DNA of 64,000 nt from Eledone cirrhosa (lineage: Eukaryota), in assembly GCA_964016885.1 (NCBI GenBank), contig OZ024742.1, positions 289,168,001 to 289,232,000 of the forward strand, given 5' to 3'. Of this stretch, positions 53,211 through 64,000 are shown in pieces; position 1 is the first letter of the stretch, and each line of letters starts with the position of its first letter. Position numbers and translations under genes: made by a program. Under the pieces are notes generated by a model. It had not been told where the DNA came from. It did no database searches and worked only from the letters and a program-made list of their open reading frames with translations.

Positions 53211-53700
53211 ATAAATTAATAAAATAATGAATAAACAAAGAAACAGTTCCTTATATTAAAAAAATTCATCATTTTACGATCGTTTCTAGCATATATATGT
53301 GTTAGAGTTGGTATGCATATTCTATAGATCTATGTACAATATTTATACAAACTATCAAAGGGAATATACATACCTACACATATATATGCTGTCTTCAGAC
53401 AGTTAGGTATGTATATTCCCTTTGATAGTTTGTATAAATATTGTACATAGATCTATAGAATATGCATACCAACTCTAACACATATATATCCTAGAAACGA
53501 TCGTAAAATGATGAATTTTTTTAATATAAGGAACTGTTTCTTTGTTTATTCATTATTTTATTAATTTATCTTGACTCTGTTTTCCGTTTATTTTTCACCG
53601 AAAGTAGTTTTTGAATGCATCTTCTCTTTTCATGATATCCGGATTACATTGAGTTCTTCATACGGATTGGACACTACCGTAAACTTTTGGTAGATTTATC
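53211..53700. mobile_element. PLE-type fold-back element (~165-bp arms, ~27-bp spacer, right tail) with a minus-strand HHR (53272-53400)
   Basis: Arms 53211-53376 / 53404-53569; minus CUGAAGA c-agcatatatatgtgt...acacatatatatgct-a GAAA cgatcg UA; stem I 5' strand lost at the fold point. Confidence 0.8.
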
Positions 53701-53824
53701 TACATATATTTATATATATATATATTTATATATATATATATTTATATATATATATATTTATATATATATATATTTATATATATATATATTTATATTTATA
53801 TATATATATATTTATATATATATG

Positions 53825-54295
53825 GAAAGTTATATTTAAAATTGTTGGGTTACAACTAGTAAATATTTATAACTGATATAAAAGCACTCGACAAATATTT
53901 GGAGTATATTTACATTATTAAATAAATGGAAACTATATTTATAAAACCATATTTATTTCATTATATATATTTCGGGGATAACATATTAACAATATGCTAT
54001 GCCTTCCTCAGACAAAATACAATATAAACAGTTTTATAGATAAATATATTCGACATACCGTGACAACACCGACTTGCATTTGAAGAGGTTGAACAGGCAG
54101 AGGTTGAACTGCCTGTTCAACCTCTTCAAATGCAAGTCGGTGTTGTCACGGTATGTCGAATATATTTATCTATAAAACTGTTTATATTGTATTTTGTCTG
54201 AGGAAGGCATAGCATATTGTTAATATGTTATCCCCGAAATATATATAATGAAATAAATATGGTTTTATAAATATAGTTTCCATTTATTTAATAAT
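53825..54295. mobile_element. PLE-type fold-back element (~187-bp arms, 8-nt spacer, left tail)
   Basis: Arms ~53914-54100 / 54109-54295; flanked by (TA)n. Confidence 0.85.
54192..54253 (+). ncRNA. Type I hammerhead ribozyme (mirror copy on the minus strand at 53956-54017)
   Basis: ttttgt CUGAGGA aggcatagcatatt-gtt-aatatgttatcccc GAAA tatata UA atgaaa. Confidence 0.82.
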
Positions 54296-54314
54296 ATTTA
54301 TATATATATATATT

Positions 54315-54523
<209 letters not shown>

Positions 54524-54578
54524 ATATATATTTATATATATATATATTTATATATATTTATATATGTATATATATATT

Positions 54579-54609
<31 letters not shown>

Positions 54610-54612
54610 ATA

Positions 54613-54858
54613 TAGGAGGTGAGTTTTATTGTAGTACAATAAAGCAATGCAGATATCGGATAAGAAGCACTCTACAGATTTGCGTTGGACAAAGCATGTC
54701 TCTAAGATTGTCAAGAAGGCCGAGGGTGTCTTGGCATCACTCAGCAAGACCTTTGTTAGCCGCTCTCCAGCCATCTATTTAAAACTGTATACAGCTATGG
54801 TACGACCACACTTGGAATTCGCATCATCAGTCTGGAACCCCTATCTTGCTCAGAACAT
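54613..54858 (+). mobile_element. Chimeric fragment: PLE tail joined to an internal CR1 RT segment
   Basis: 54613-54677 is the reverse complement of ~47141-47205; 54678-54858 is the reverse complement of ~59438-59618. Confidence 0.85.
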
Positions 54859-54912
54859 AATATATAAGAACAAAAGATGGTTATATATATATATTTATAT
54901 AAATATATAAAT

Positions 54913-57900
54913 ATAGAACTACGGTGACAGTAATATCTGCGTACGCACCCCAATCCGGACTGCCCGGCACTATAAAAGACAGATTCTATGAGACACTGAT
55001 GCTAACTACCTCCCAAATATCCGACAGTGACTATATAATTATCGCAGGCGACCTAAATGGTCACGTTGGACAACATTGTGACGGCTACGACGAAATCCAT
55101 GGAGGCTATGGGTTTGGTACTAGAAATGAGGAAGGCTCCAGAATCCTGGAATTCTGTGATGCAAATAACCTAACTATCTGTAACACTAACTTCAAAAAAC
55201 GTGACAATCACCTGATCACCTATAGATCCGGGGAACACACAAGCCAGGTAGATTATATCCTTACCAGAAGACGTGACAGAGTGTCTGTTGTTAACACTAA
55301 ATCCCTCCCCCATGAAGAATGCACCTCCCAACATAGACTGATAATTAGCGACCTCATAGTCAGGACGAGACGTACTCGACAACAGAAGAGGACTATCCTC
55401 AGGAGGAAAATATGGAAGCTAAAGGACCCCACAGCCAGGAATAAATTTCAAAGCATATTACTTGATGCTTTCGACAGTAAGGAAGAACATTTAGAGTCGG
55501 ACAATATAGAGGGAGAGTGGGAATTTCTGAAAGCAAACCTGCTGTTGGCGACAGACGAGGTCTGTGGCTGGAGCAGGCCTGTAGGCAGGAGGAGAGTAAC
55601 ATGGTGGTGGAACAGTAAGGTGGAGGGGTCAATTAAGGCCAAAAAGCAGGCTTGGAAAGTATGGCGGGATGGGGGAAGTAGAGAGGACTATCAAGTGGCC
55701 AGGAGGGAAGCTAGGAGACAAGTGTACTTAGCAAGAAGGGAAGCTGAGGAAAGAAAGTTCAAGCATGTTCTACAACGCGATGACCAAAAACGTGAGGTGT
55801 TCAGGATTGCTAGGCAATGCGTCAAGGAAAACCGTGATATTGTCGGGGAGAAGTGTGTACTAAACGACGATGGCACACTTGCCATCACCGACGCTGATAA
55901 GAAGGTAGCTTGGAAGTGTCACTATGAAAGGCTTCTAAATGAGGAGAATAATTGGGAGAAAGGCAGTCTCCCCCATATCGACCCAATAGAGGGACCAGCA
56001 GTGTTAGTCGAGGGGAGTATAATAAGTAAGGCAATCAAGGATATGAAGACTGGTAAGGCGGCTGGGCCTTCGGAAATAGTTGCTGAGATGCTGAAGGCAT
56101 CTGGCACGGTGGGACACACCATGGTCACCCGCATAGTTAACCAAGTCGTACAAAACGGGGTTGTTCCGAAGGACTGGCATAGCAGCATCATCGTTAACTG
56201 TTATAAGGGTAAAGGAGACGCCCTAGATAGGAGTAACTATAGAGGCATTAAATTAATCGACCAGGTCATGAAGGTCACGGAAAGAGTAATAGCGCAACTA
56301 ATCAGAGAGAGAATTGACCTAGATGAAATGCAGTTCGGGTTTGTGTCAGGCAAAAGTACCACAGACGCTCTTTTCATAGTACGACAACTACAAGAGAAGT
56401 ACCTAGCTAAAGGTAAACCCCTCTACTTAGCTTTTGTCGACTTGGAGAAAGCCTTCGACAGAGTCCCCCGCTCCATTATCTGGTGGGCTCTTAGAAAACT
56501 AGGCGTTGACGAATGGCTTGTGAGGGCTATACAAGCCATGTATAAAGAAACAGTCAGCAAGGTTAGAATTAACAACGAATATAGTGAAGAGTTTAGCGTA
56601 AAAGTCGGCGTCCATCAGGGCTCTGTTCTCAGTCCACTACTATTTATTATTGCCCTTCAGGCCATAACAGAGGAGTTCAAGACAGGCTGCCCATGGGAAC
56701 TCCTATACGCAGACGACCTGACACTCATAGCGGAATCAATGGCCGAGCTAGAGAAGAAATTCCAAACATGGAAGCACGGCCTAGAGTCAAAAGGACTTAA
56801 AATTAACCTGGCTAAGACCAAAGTACTAGTTTGTAGGAAAGAAAACAAGGCGGCGGTCCCTTCTGGGAAATGGTCGTGCTCGGTGTGTAGGAAAGGCGTA
56901 GGTAGAAACTCCATTTTATGTCCTAAATGCAAAGTATGGGTGCATAAAAGATGTAGTGGGATCACAGGTAGGCTAACTAAGAACATAGATTTTACATGTG
57001 GCCGGTGCTCTGGTGCAATAAGTAGCAGCAAGTGCCCACAAACTACTAGCTCTTTCAATTGCGCAGAGGGTTCTATAGAAATAGTGGACAGCTTCCGTTA
57101 CCTGGGCGATAAAATCAGCAGTGGGGGAGGGTGCTCTGAAAGTACTGTAGCTAGAGTCAGAACTGGTTGGAAAAAGTTCAGAGAGCTTATACCACTATTA
57201 GCTGCTAAAGGGTTCTCACTAAAAATGAAAGGCAGGTTGTACGATGCCTGCATACGAACAGCAATGCTGCATGGCAGTGAGACCTGGGCATTGTGTGCAG
57301 AGGATATACGCAGACTAGAGAGGAACGAAGCTTGCATGCTCCGCTGGATGTGTAACAGTAATATACGTGAACGGCAAAGCATAAACGAACTAAGGAATAA
57401 ATTAGAGATAAGAGGGATCAGATGTTGTTTACTCGAGAGAAGGCTACGTTGGTATGGACACGTGATGCGCATGAAAGTCGATAGCTGTATAACAAAGTGC
57501 AGGGCAATAAAGATAGACGGTAGTCACGGAATAGGCAGACCTAGAAAAACCTGGGACGAGCTGATAAACTCCGACATCACACACTTACACCTCTCCAAGA
57601 CAATGTCACTGGACCGAGACCTTTGGCGGTACTCAGTAACAGAGAAGACCCGCCTTACCTAAATATATAGTAAAACCTACTCCAGCCAGTAGGCATCTCT
57701 AACAAATACACCCCGTCCCACCACCCCCACCCGATCCACACCACCCCGTTCTATGTAAAGTTATGTTGGTGCCGCGCCATCGAGGCCGAAACAAATGAGA
57801 TCGTGTAGGTGTCACGACAAAAAAACACACAGTCCACGCTGTAATGTGGCCGTGTAGGCAACACGGTAAAAACCTCCCAGACCCACACTGTAAATGTGGT

Positions 57901-58053
57901 TGGTGTTAGGAAGGGCATCCAACTGTAGAAAACCTGCCAGACAGTCCTATGCGAGCAAGACAATCACTCTTGCCTCAAGTGGGACTACCCCCGTCCAAAC
58001 CCATGCAAGCGTGGAACACGGACGTTCAACGTTGATGATGATGATGATGATGA
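54913..58053 (+). mobile_element. Young RTE-clade LINE, 5'-truncated within the endonuclease
   Basis: Uninterrupted ORF, ~360-bp 3' UTR, (GAT)n tail. Confidence 0.95.
54924..57662 (+). CDS. RTE ORF: partial APE endonuclease, reverse transcriptase, embedded PHD finger and thumb
   Basis: ISAYAPQ, GDLNGHVG, QVDYIL, SQHRLI; [42 protein letters not shown]; CxxC-x10-CxxC-x4-H-x2-C-x14-CxxC. Confidence 0.93.
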   Translation: MTVISAYAPQSGLPGTIKDRFYETLMLTTSQISDSDYIIIAGDLNGHVGQHCDGYDEIHGGYGFGTRNEEGSRILEFCDANNLTICNTNFKKRDNHLITYRSGEHTSQVDYILTRRRDRVSVVNTKSLPHEECTSQHRLIISDLIVRTRRTRQQKRTILRRKIWKLKDPTARNKFQSILLDAFDSKEEHLESDNIEGEWEFLKANLLLATDEVCGWSRPVGRRRVTWWWNSKVEGSIKAKKQAWKVWRDGGSREDYQVARREARRQVYLARREAEERKFKHVLQRDDQKREVFRIARQCVKENRDIVGEKCVLNDDGTLAITDADKKVAWKCHYERLLNEENNWEKGSLPHIDPIEGPAVLVEGSIISKAIKDMKTGKAAGPSEIVAEMLKASGTVGHTMVTRIVNQVVQNGVVPKDWHSSIIVNCYKGKGDALDRSNYRGIKLIDQVMKVTERVIAQLIRERIDLDEMQFGFVSGKSTTDALFIVRQLQEKYLAKGKPLYLAFVDLEKAFDRVPRSIIWWALRKLGVDEWLVRAIQAMYKETVSKVRINNEYSEEFSVKVGVHQGSVLSPLLFIIALQAITEEFKTGCPWELLYADDLTLIAESMAELEKKFQTWKHGLESKGLKINLAKTKVLVCRKENKAAVPSGKWSCSVCRKGVGRNSILCPKCKVWVHKRCSGITGRLTKNIDFTCGRCSGAISSSKCPQTTSSFNCAEGSIEIVDSFRYLGDKISSGGGCSESTVARVRTGWKKFRELIPLLAAKGFSLKMKGRLYDACIRTAMLHGSETWALCAEDIRRLERNEACMLRWMCNSNIRERQSINELRNKLEIRGIRCCLLERRLRWYGHVMRMKVDSCITKCRAIKIDGSHGIGRPRKTWDELINSDITHLHLSKTMSLDRDLWRYSVTEKTRLT

Positions 58054-58297
58054 TAAATATATATATATATATTTATATAAATATATTTCGTTTCTGAATT
58101 TGTTTAGCAAGATTCTTTATCTGAAAATGTGTGTTGAAACCAATATTGTTATACTTTGGGAAGGTCATGTTGCTTATTGTGTGTTTCTTATTGGCAACAT
58201 GACCCTCCCAAAGTATAACAATATATAAATATATATATATATAAATATATGAGAGACGTAAAATAAGAAAATTATAAAATTAACTTACTAAAATTTC

Positions 58298-58379
58298 ACT
58301 CCAACTAATTAGTTTCTGAAAGGGAATAAACATAGTTTCCGAAGAAACGTACGGAGATGCCTTTCGTCATCAGGGGAGT
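58298..58379 (-). ncRNA. Type I hammerhead ribozyme with an extended stem II
   Basis: actccc CUGAUGA c-gaaagg...gtttc-ttcg-gaaac...cctttc-a GAAA ctaattag UU ggagt. Confidence 0.72.
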
Positions 58380-59052
58380 CTATTCTCAGCTAAGTTTCCA
58401 GGCAATACGTGGGCACAGGGAACTTATACAAAAATAATTCAGTGGATGGAAAAAAGCAAAGTGTGGACTAAATTCCAAGCCATTGAAAAAATCACTGCCT
58501 ACTGCGTCGGTGGCAAATTCAAAAGAATCAGTCACGTGACATGGAGGTCAATCAGTGAAGAGTGGTTTGTTAAGAAGACAGCAGCCGGACCGTTACTATA
58601 GTAGCAGTTTTGGCCAATTTTTGCTCGACAAAATAATTTGGAGATAATTATAAAGAATTAATATATCTAGTAACATATATATACACAGATGCATACTTAT
58701 GCTAGCAAATATATGGGTTTTGTCTTAGTATATATATATATATATAAATATATATATGTATATATAATAATAATGAAATTATTGTGTACAGTGCTCAGGT
58801 GCACTACAACCCATCAAAGGTGCATGTATAGTACATAGAATAATGTACAAATGTCAGGAAAATGAACAGTGTATGAGTCATGATATAATAATAATAACAA
58901 CAATAATAATGAAATATTTTGTACAGTGCCCAGGTGCACCACAACTCATCAAAAAGTGCATGTACAGTACATAGGGCAATGCACAAACATCAGGAAAATG
59001 AACAGTGCACGAGTCATGATACACACGTGTGCATGTGTATGGAAGGGGTACA

Positions 59053-61818
59053 TCAGGTGTAGTTTTGGCGTATTTCGGGAAGCATGAGTGTCTTAAAGGA
59101 TGCAGTGTCTCGGCAGCTAACAACTGATGCAGGCAGTTTGTTCCATGCTTCAGCAACTCTGAGCGTGAAAAAATGTCTACGAAAGTCATGGGAGCTGTGC
59201 TGTTTTCTGATTTTGTAGGCATGTCCACGTGTGTTAGAGACATGGAGATCAAAAAGGTGCTCAGGGTTGCAATTGGCGAGATGGTTAATAACTTTGTGGG
59301 TATTTACCAAGTCCATTGCCAGACGTCGGAGCTTCAATGAATCCATGCCCAGAGAAGCAAGGCGTTCAGAGTATGGTAGGTGTCTGATGGAGGGTATGCG
59401 CTTGGTTGCACGTCTCTGAACAGTTTCCAGGAGGTCAATGTTCTGAGCAAGATAGGGGTTCCAGACTGATGATGCGAATTCCAAGTGTGGTCGTACCATA
59501 GCTGTATACAGTTTTAAATAGATGGCTGGAGAGCGGCTAACAAAGGTCTTGCTGAGTGATGCCAAAACACCCTCGGCCTTCTTGACAATCTTAGAGACAT
59601 GCTTTGTCCAACGCAAATCGCTGCTGACAGTAATGCCCAGGTCACGTTCACAAGAGGACTTCTTGATATCAGTGTTGTGGAGGGAGTATGTGGACGTTGG
59701 ATTTTTCCTCCCAAAATGCATGGTGGTACACTTGTCCACAGCCAGCTTCAGTTGCCAGTCTGTGATCCATTGCTGCATTGTGTCCAGGTCTGATTGTAGG
59801 AAAGAGTTGTAGATTTCAGGATCAGTCCTTTTGATTTCAAGGTACAGCTTGATGTCATCTGCATATTTCAGTACCGTGGCATTCTGTAAGTTGGCATCTA
59901 TGTCATTAATATATGCCACAAACAAAAGGGGACCAAGAACAGATCCCTGTGGTACACCAGATGACATCTCATATGGTGAAGAATGCTGTCCTAGAACCGT
60001 GACTACTTCTTTTCGGCTGAGAATGAAGGATTTCAACCAGTCGAAAAGATCATCCCTCACACCCATTGCAGAGAGTTTTGCCATAAATCTTTTGTGTGGC
60101 ACAGAATTAAAAGCCTTAGCAAAGTCAAGGTAAACAACATCCACCCATGAGCCGCTGTCAGTGATCCGGGTGATGTCTTCAAGGAACTCGATAAGCTGAT
60201 CACAGCAGCTGGAGTTAGGGATAATTCCAAACTGTGAGGGCCGGATGAGGCTGTGAGGGCTCCAGAAGTTCCAAAGTGTTTCTCTGACACAGGATTCCAT
60301 CAGTTTGGCCATACAGCTAGTAAGACTGACTGGATGATAGATGACAGGTGACATGTGGTTGCCCTTTTTGAACAGGGGAATGACACTGGCAGTTTTCCAC
60401 CACTCCGGAGTAGCACCATTGTTGAGACAGTATTGAAAGAAGAAAGAAAGCTGGCGCAAAAGGAAATACCCGCCACGTTTGAGAAGCAGGTATGTAACAC
60501 CATCAAGACCAGGGGAGGCATAGTTGCGCTTATTCTTAAGGTGACGTCGCAACATTGCAGGTGTAAATTCCATAGCTGTTATGGAATTTGATGTTAGAGA
60601 TGGTGGAGATGGTACATTCTGGTTTTCAACAGTAAAAATACTTGCATAGCACTCAGCAATGAGTTCTGCGCATTCTTTGGGATCGTCAGTGATCTGGCTT
60701 GTGTGGGGATTGCGAAGAGGACCAACTGGAGAGTGAGGTCTCTGCTTTGAATGAACATATTTCCAGAACACCTTACTGTCAGGATTGGTTGCTATGCACT
60801 GTTCAAATTCAAGCACTGCTTTCTTTGTCACTTGCTTGAAATGGTTAGAAGATTTATTCCGCTTTTTTCTGTTGGCATCTGATTTATGCAGTTTATATTC
60901 CCGTTCAGCGTTCCGACGTTCTTTCCTGGCAAGTCGGACCGCTGAAGTTTCCCAAATTGCACTTTTGGGGTGGGTTTTTTTCTGCTTACGTGGCACCGAT
61001 GCTGCACACGCTATCTATATTGAGTCCAGAATGCTCTGGAGTATAGTGTTCACATCTCCAGAGTTATACATCTCATGCCAGTTTGGGCGCTGTAGCTCAG
61101 TGCAGTACAAGTTCCAATCTGCTCTCTTCCAATCAAAGCAAGCAGATTGGAGATGGCTCTGGTTTTTGTTGCTGCCCTCAAGTGCCAGATTGGCAATGAT
61201 CATAGCATGATCAGAGTTGCCTAGAGGTTCCTCAGTAGTACAACTGATAACCACTTCAGGAGTAGTGGTGAAGATCAGGTCCAAAGTGTTGTCACCTCTT
61301 GTTGGAGAGGTGACTACTTGTGACCAGTTTGAGTTCAGCACTAGTTCAAGGAAATCGTTTGCACCTTGTGGCCAACAAAAGGTTTCCCAATCGATCTCAG
61401 GATGATTGAAGTCACCTGCAATAAACACATAAGTGGCTGTTTTCTTGGCAGCAACTCTGAGGATATCGCAAAGCTGTGTGTCCTGATGTTAGTTTGGGGG
61501 GCGATAAACAACACCAAGCAGAAGTGTTGACATGGTCATACGTATGTCACAGAAAAAAACTTCTTCCTGTGATTCGTTCAAATCAACGCAAGGAATTACC
61601 GAAAAGTTTGAACGAACGTAGACCATCACACCACCACCACGGCGATTAATGCGGTCCTTGCGGAAAAGGTTGTACCCAGTAATGCTGAAAACCCCATCAC
61701 AGAGTAAGGAATGTGCCCATGTTTCTGTGACTGTGATGAAGTCAGGGTCGATGCTTCTGACGTAGGATTCAAACAGATGTATCTTGTTGCATAAACTGCG
61801 AGCATTTAAGGACAACAA
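59053..61818 (-). pseudogene. CR1 ORF2 (APE + RT) interrupted by stops at ~61489 and ~61015
   Basis: ORFs 61489-61818, 61015-61428 and 59053-60996 are all in one frame. Confidence 0.88.
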
Positions 61819-61874
61819 TTTGTACCCTGCTCGCAGTTTATGATGGTGTGTAGAGGGTGGCAGGTTGTTCTGGT

Positions 61875-62807
61875 TTAGTTTCCCAGAGTTGTAGCAGTTT
61901 TTTCATTGCCAGTTATTGTGGGTAGATCACACTCAGACCAGCTGGTATCTCTCTTCCACGTTTCACCAGCCTTAACAAACCTCCAGATCTGCCCATTATC
62001 ACGCAGACTAAAACTTTCATGTTGTGCTGAGTTCCGATTCAAGGAAGCTGCAGCACGGAGCTTTGGACGTACATGGGGTGGTAGGCCTGGGCGTGTTCGG
62101 AAGGTAATCCGATTTTCACGCCCAGCTTTAACAGAGGCCAGATGGTATGAGATTGCCTCAGCGGGGTTCGAAAAAGACAGCCTGATGAGTCTGGGTTTTG
62201 GACCAGGTCGACCAAGGCGGAGAGCACCCTTCGGGGGAACACGGCCTAGGTCTTTGGCTGAGCTGGCAGCAAATGCCTGAAGATCAGCCTTGTCCTCTGG
62301 TACCCCAATGGCAATTACTTCATGGGTAGCAGATTCCGCAGTCTTCTCAGTGTGGCCAGATACGGCAAGAGGTACAGGGAGATTCTTTAGCAAGGCATTC
62401 CGATAAGACCCCTCATTGTGGGGTCCTACCCGAATGCTTGCCTTTATTCCTGTTACTTCCCTTAAAGCAGAAATCATTAGTTGCAATTCTGCAAAATCTG
62501 TACTGGTCGGTTGTTGTTGTTGCTGTTGTTGGTGATGATGATGTTCCTCCACGGGAATGGTAGGGGAAGACACAGTCGCAGGTTGTTGGTGTCGAGATGT
62601 ACTGGGAGCGGAAGACATGGGTTGTTGTTGTTTCTGATGTTCTCCCACAGGAATAGCAGCAGAAGCCAGTGTCATAGGTTTTTGCCGTTGTTCAGTAACA
62701 ATGGTAGAGGAAGATACAGTCATTGGTTTTTGTTGTTGTTGTTTTTCAATAACATTAGTGGAGGCAGGCACTGAAAGGACCAGGATTTTAGCTGGACCAT
62801 CTCCCAT
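61875..62807 (-). CDS. CR1 ORF1-like protein (Q/H/S-rich N-part, RRM-like RLGRPGPKPRLIRLSF)
   Basis: Position upstream of ORF2; IAIGVPE and RLG...PRLIRLSF motifs typical of CR1/L2 ORF1. Confidence 0.7.
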   Translation of the reverse strand: MGDGPAKILVLSVPASTNVIEKQQQQKPMTVSSSTIVTEQRQKPMTLASAAIPVGEHQKQQQPMSSAPSTSRHQQPATVSSPTIPVEEHHHHQQQQQQQPTSTDFAELQLMISALREVTGIKASIRVGPHNEGSYRNALLKNLPVPLAVSGHTEKTAESATHEVIAIGVPEDKADLQAFAASSAKDLGRVPPKGALRLGRPGPKPRLIRLSFSNPAEAISYHLASVKAGRENRITFRTRPGLPPHVRPKLRAAASLNRNSAQHESFSLRDNGQIWRFVKAGETWKRDTSWSECDLPTITGNEKTATTLGN

Positions 62808-63817
62808 ATTCCATCCATCATAGCATTATGATGTCTCTTTTTTTGGCCTGGGATCCTCCGGAAGCCTGTGGGGCATTGAAGGCAGAGATGTGACATTCGA
62901 CCCAGCGATTACGGAACGAGTTTTCGGGTTCCGTACAGATATGGCAGGTGTGGTTTTCTGGGCAATGTTCTATTTCGGAACATCGACCAGTTTTGTCGCA
63001 TACTTCATCGATGGATATCACCATGGCAATTTTGTTATTTCTACCCATCCGTAGAAAAACACAGAATGTAAACAATTTAGGTTTAGCGCACTTGATTACG
63101 ATAGAAATAAAATGTCTTGTTTTTTTGTGTATTTTGTTTCCGTTTTCCTAAATGTTGTGTGTGTACAGAAGAGTCTGTGCATGTAAACAAATAAATATGC
63201 TGCGTAAGTTAAATGAAACGTACTGTAGAAGGCAACAGTTTATTAACAGCGAAATAACGTTTTTTTCCCTGATACTGCTTCTTTATAATAAACTTTCAAT
63301 AATATTTTTCAAATTATTAACTTTCAGCTGCTAGTATATATATATATAATTAAAAGGTGCATGTGGGTTAGAAGCGAAGTCAATGTTCAGAGATATTTTA
63401 CCAATGTACGTAAGATTGGCCGGTATAGTGTCTCACACGAAATAGTGTGGTTTCTTTTCACGTGTATGTATATGCATATGGTATATAGCTGTATATAAAT
63501 CTGTGTGTATATTGTTGTTTATATGTTTTGTGGAGTACTTACTGCGATCCCTAAGGGATGTAGTGATTTGTTTTGTTTTTTTCCTCTTTCCCCGTCCATG
63601 TCCACACGTGGTTTGTTGGCGAAAATCAAGTCAAATTAAATATACTTCGTTAAAATAATTCTATGTTGAAGCTGGTACTAGTTGTGAGGGAACAGTCAGA
63701 GTAATTGTAATAATGAATATTGTAATCCATCTGACATGTGTTTAAAGGGCAGTTTTTGGTGAAAATATATTTTGTTTGGTCAAGACGTGGTCAAGCGACC
63801 TTCCTTGTCGCCATCTT

Positions 63818-64000
63818 ATATATATATAAAGATATATATGTATATATATATATATGTATATATATATAAATATGTATATATATATATAAATATATATATG
63901 TATATATATATACATGTATATATATATAAATATGTATATATATATATAAATATATATATGTATATATATATATACATGTATATATATATAAATATGTATA
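63818..64000. repeat. (TA)n-derived microsatellite
   Basis: Visible. Confidence 0.9.

Larger units (their letters stand above)
58770..63200 (-). mobile_element. Near full-length CR1-group LINE (ORF1, APE-RT ORF2 with two in-frame stops, 3' stem-loop, (ATT)n tail)
   Basis: ORF1 ~61875-63075; APE LNARSL..ITVTETW..RGGGV..GDFNHP..LDLIFT..SDHA; RT with YADD; CR1-type C-terminus TRGHAYKI...RHFFTLRVAEAWNKLP; 5' boundary approximate. Confidence 0.92.

Noticed and set aside
58905-58955. Minus-strand ttgatga-stem-aaaa resembling a hammerhead
   Set aside because: C3 and G12 are both absent and there is no stem I; better explained as the LINE 3' recognition stem-loop before the (ATT)n tail

Overview
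This is AT-rich, repeat-dense eukaryotic (animal) genomic DNA. The abundant (TA)n/(CAT)n microsatellites, tRNA-derived CORE-SINEs with RTE-type tails and a C2H2 zinc-finger remnant suggest an octopod cephalopod (inference only). Host genes: a complete two-exon DEAH-box helicase DHX35 (2497-2883 + 5218-6927, 698 aa) and the first coding exon of a PX-domain gene (47704-47962). Almost everything else is mobile or repetitive: a young RTE LINE family whose ORF carries a PHD finger inside the RT region, a near full-length CR1-type LINE, CRE- and R4/Dong-type fragments, Penelope-like (PLE) fragments, a Helitron remnant, several MITEs and a 39-bp minisatellite derived from the RTE tail. The most notable unannotated signal is a dense set of hammerhead ribozyme (HHR) motifs read directly from the sequence. 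One is a tandem pair of U3-A8 core-variant HHRs, each capped by its own long stem (15171-15426). Several others lie in near-perfect fold-back palindromes (45-380 bp) embedded in (TA)n. Some palindromes appear to fold back exactly at the ribozyme stem II, and some are framed by inverted copies of the flanking genomic DNA. All structures were read by eye; none was computed or tested.
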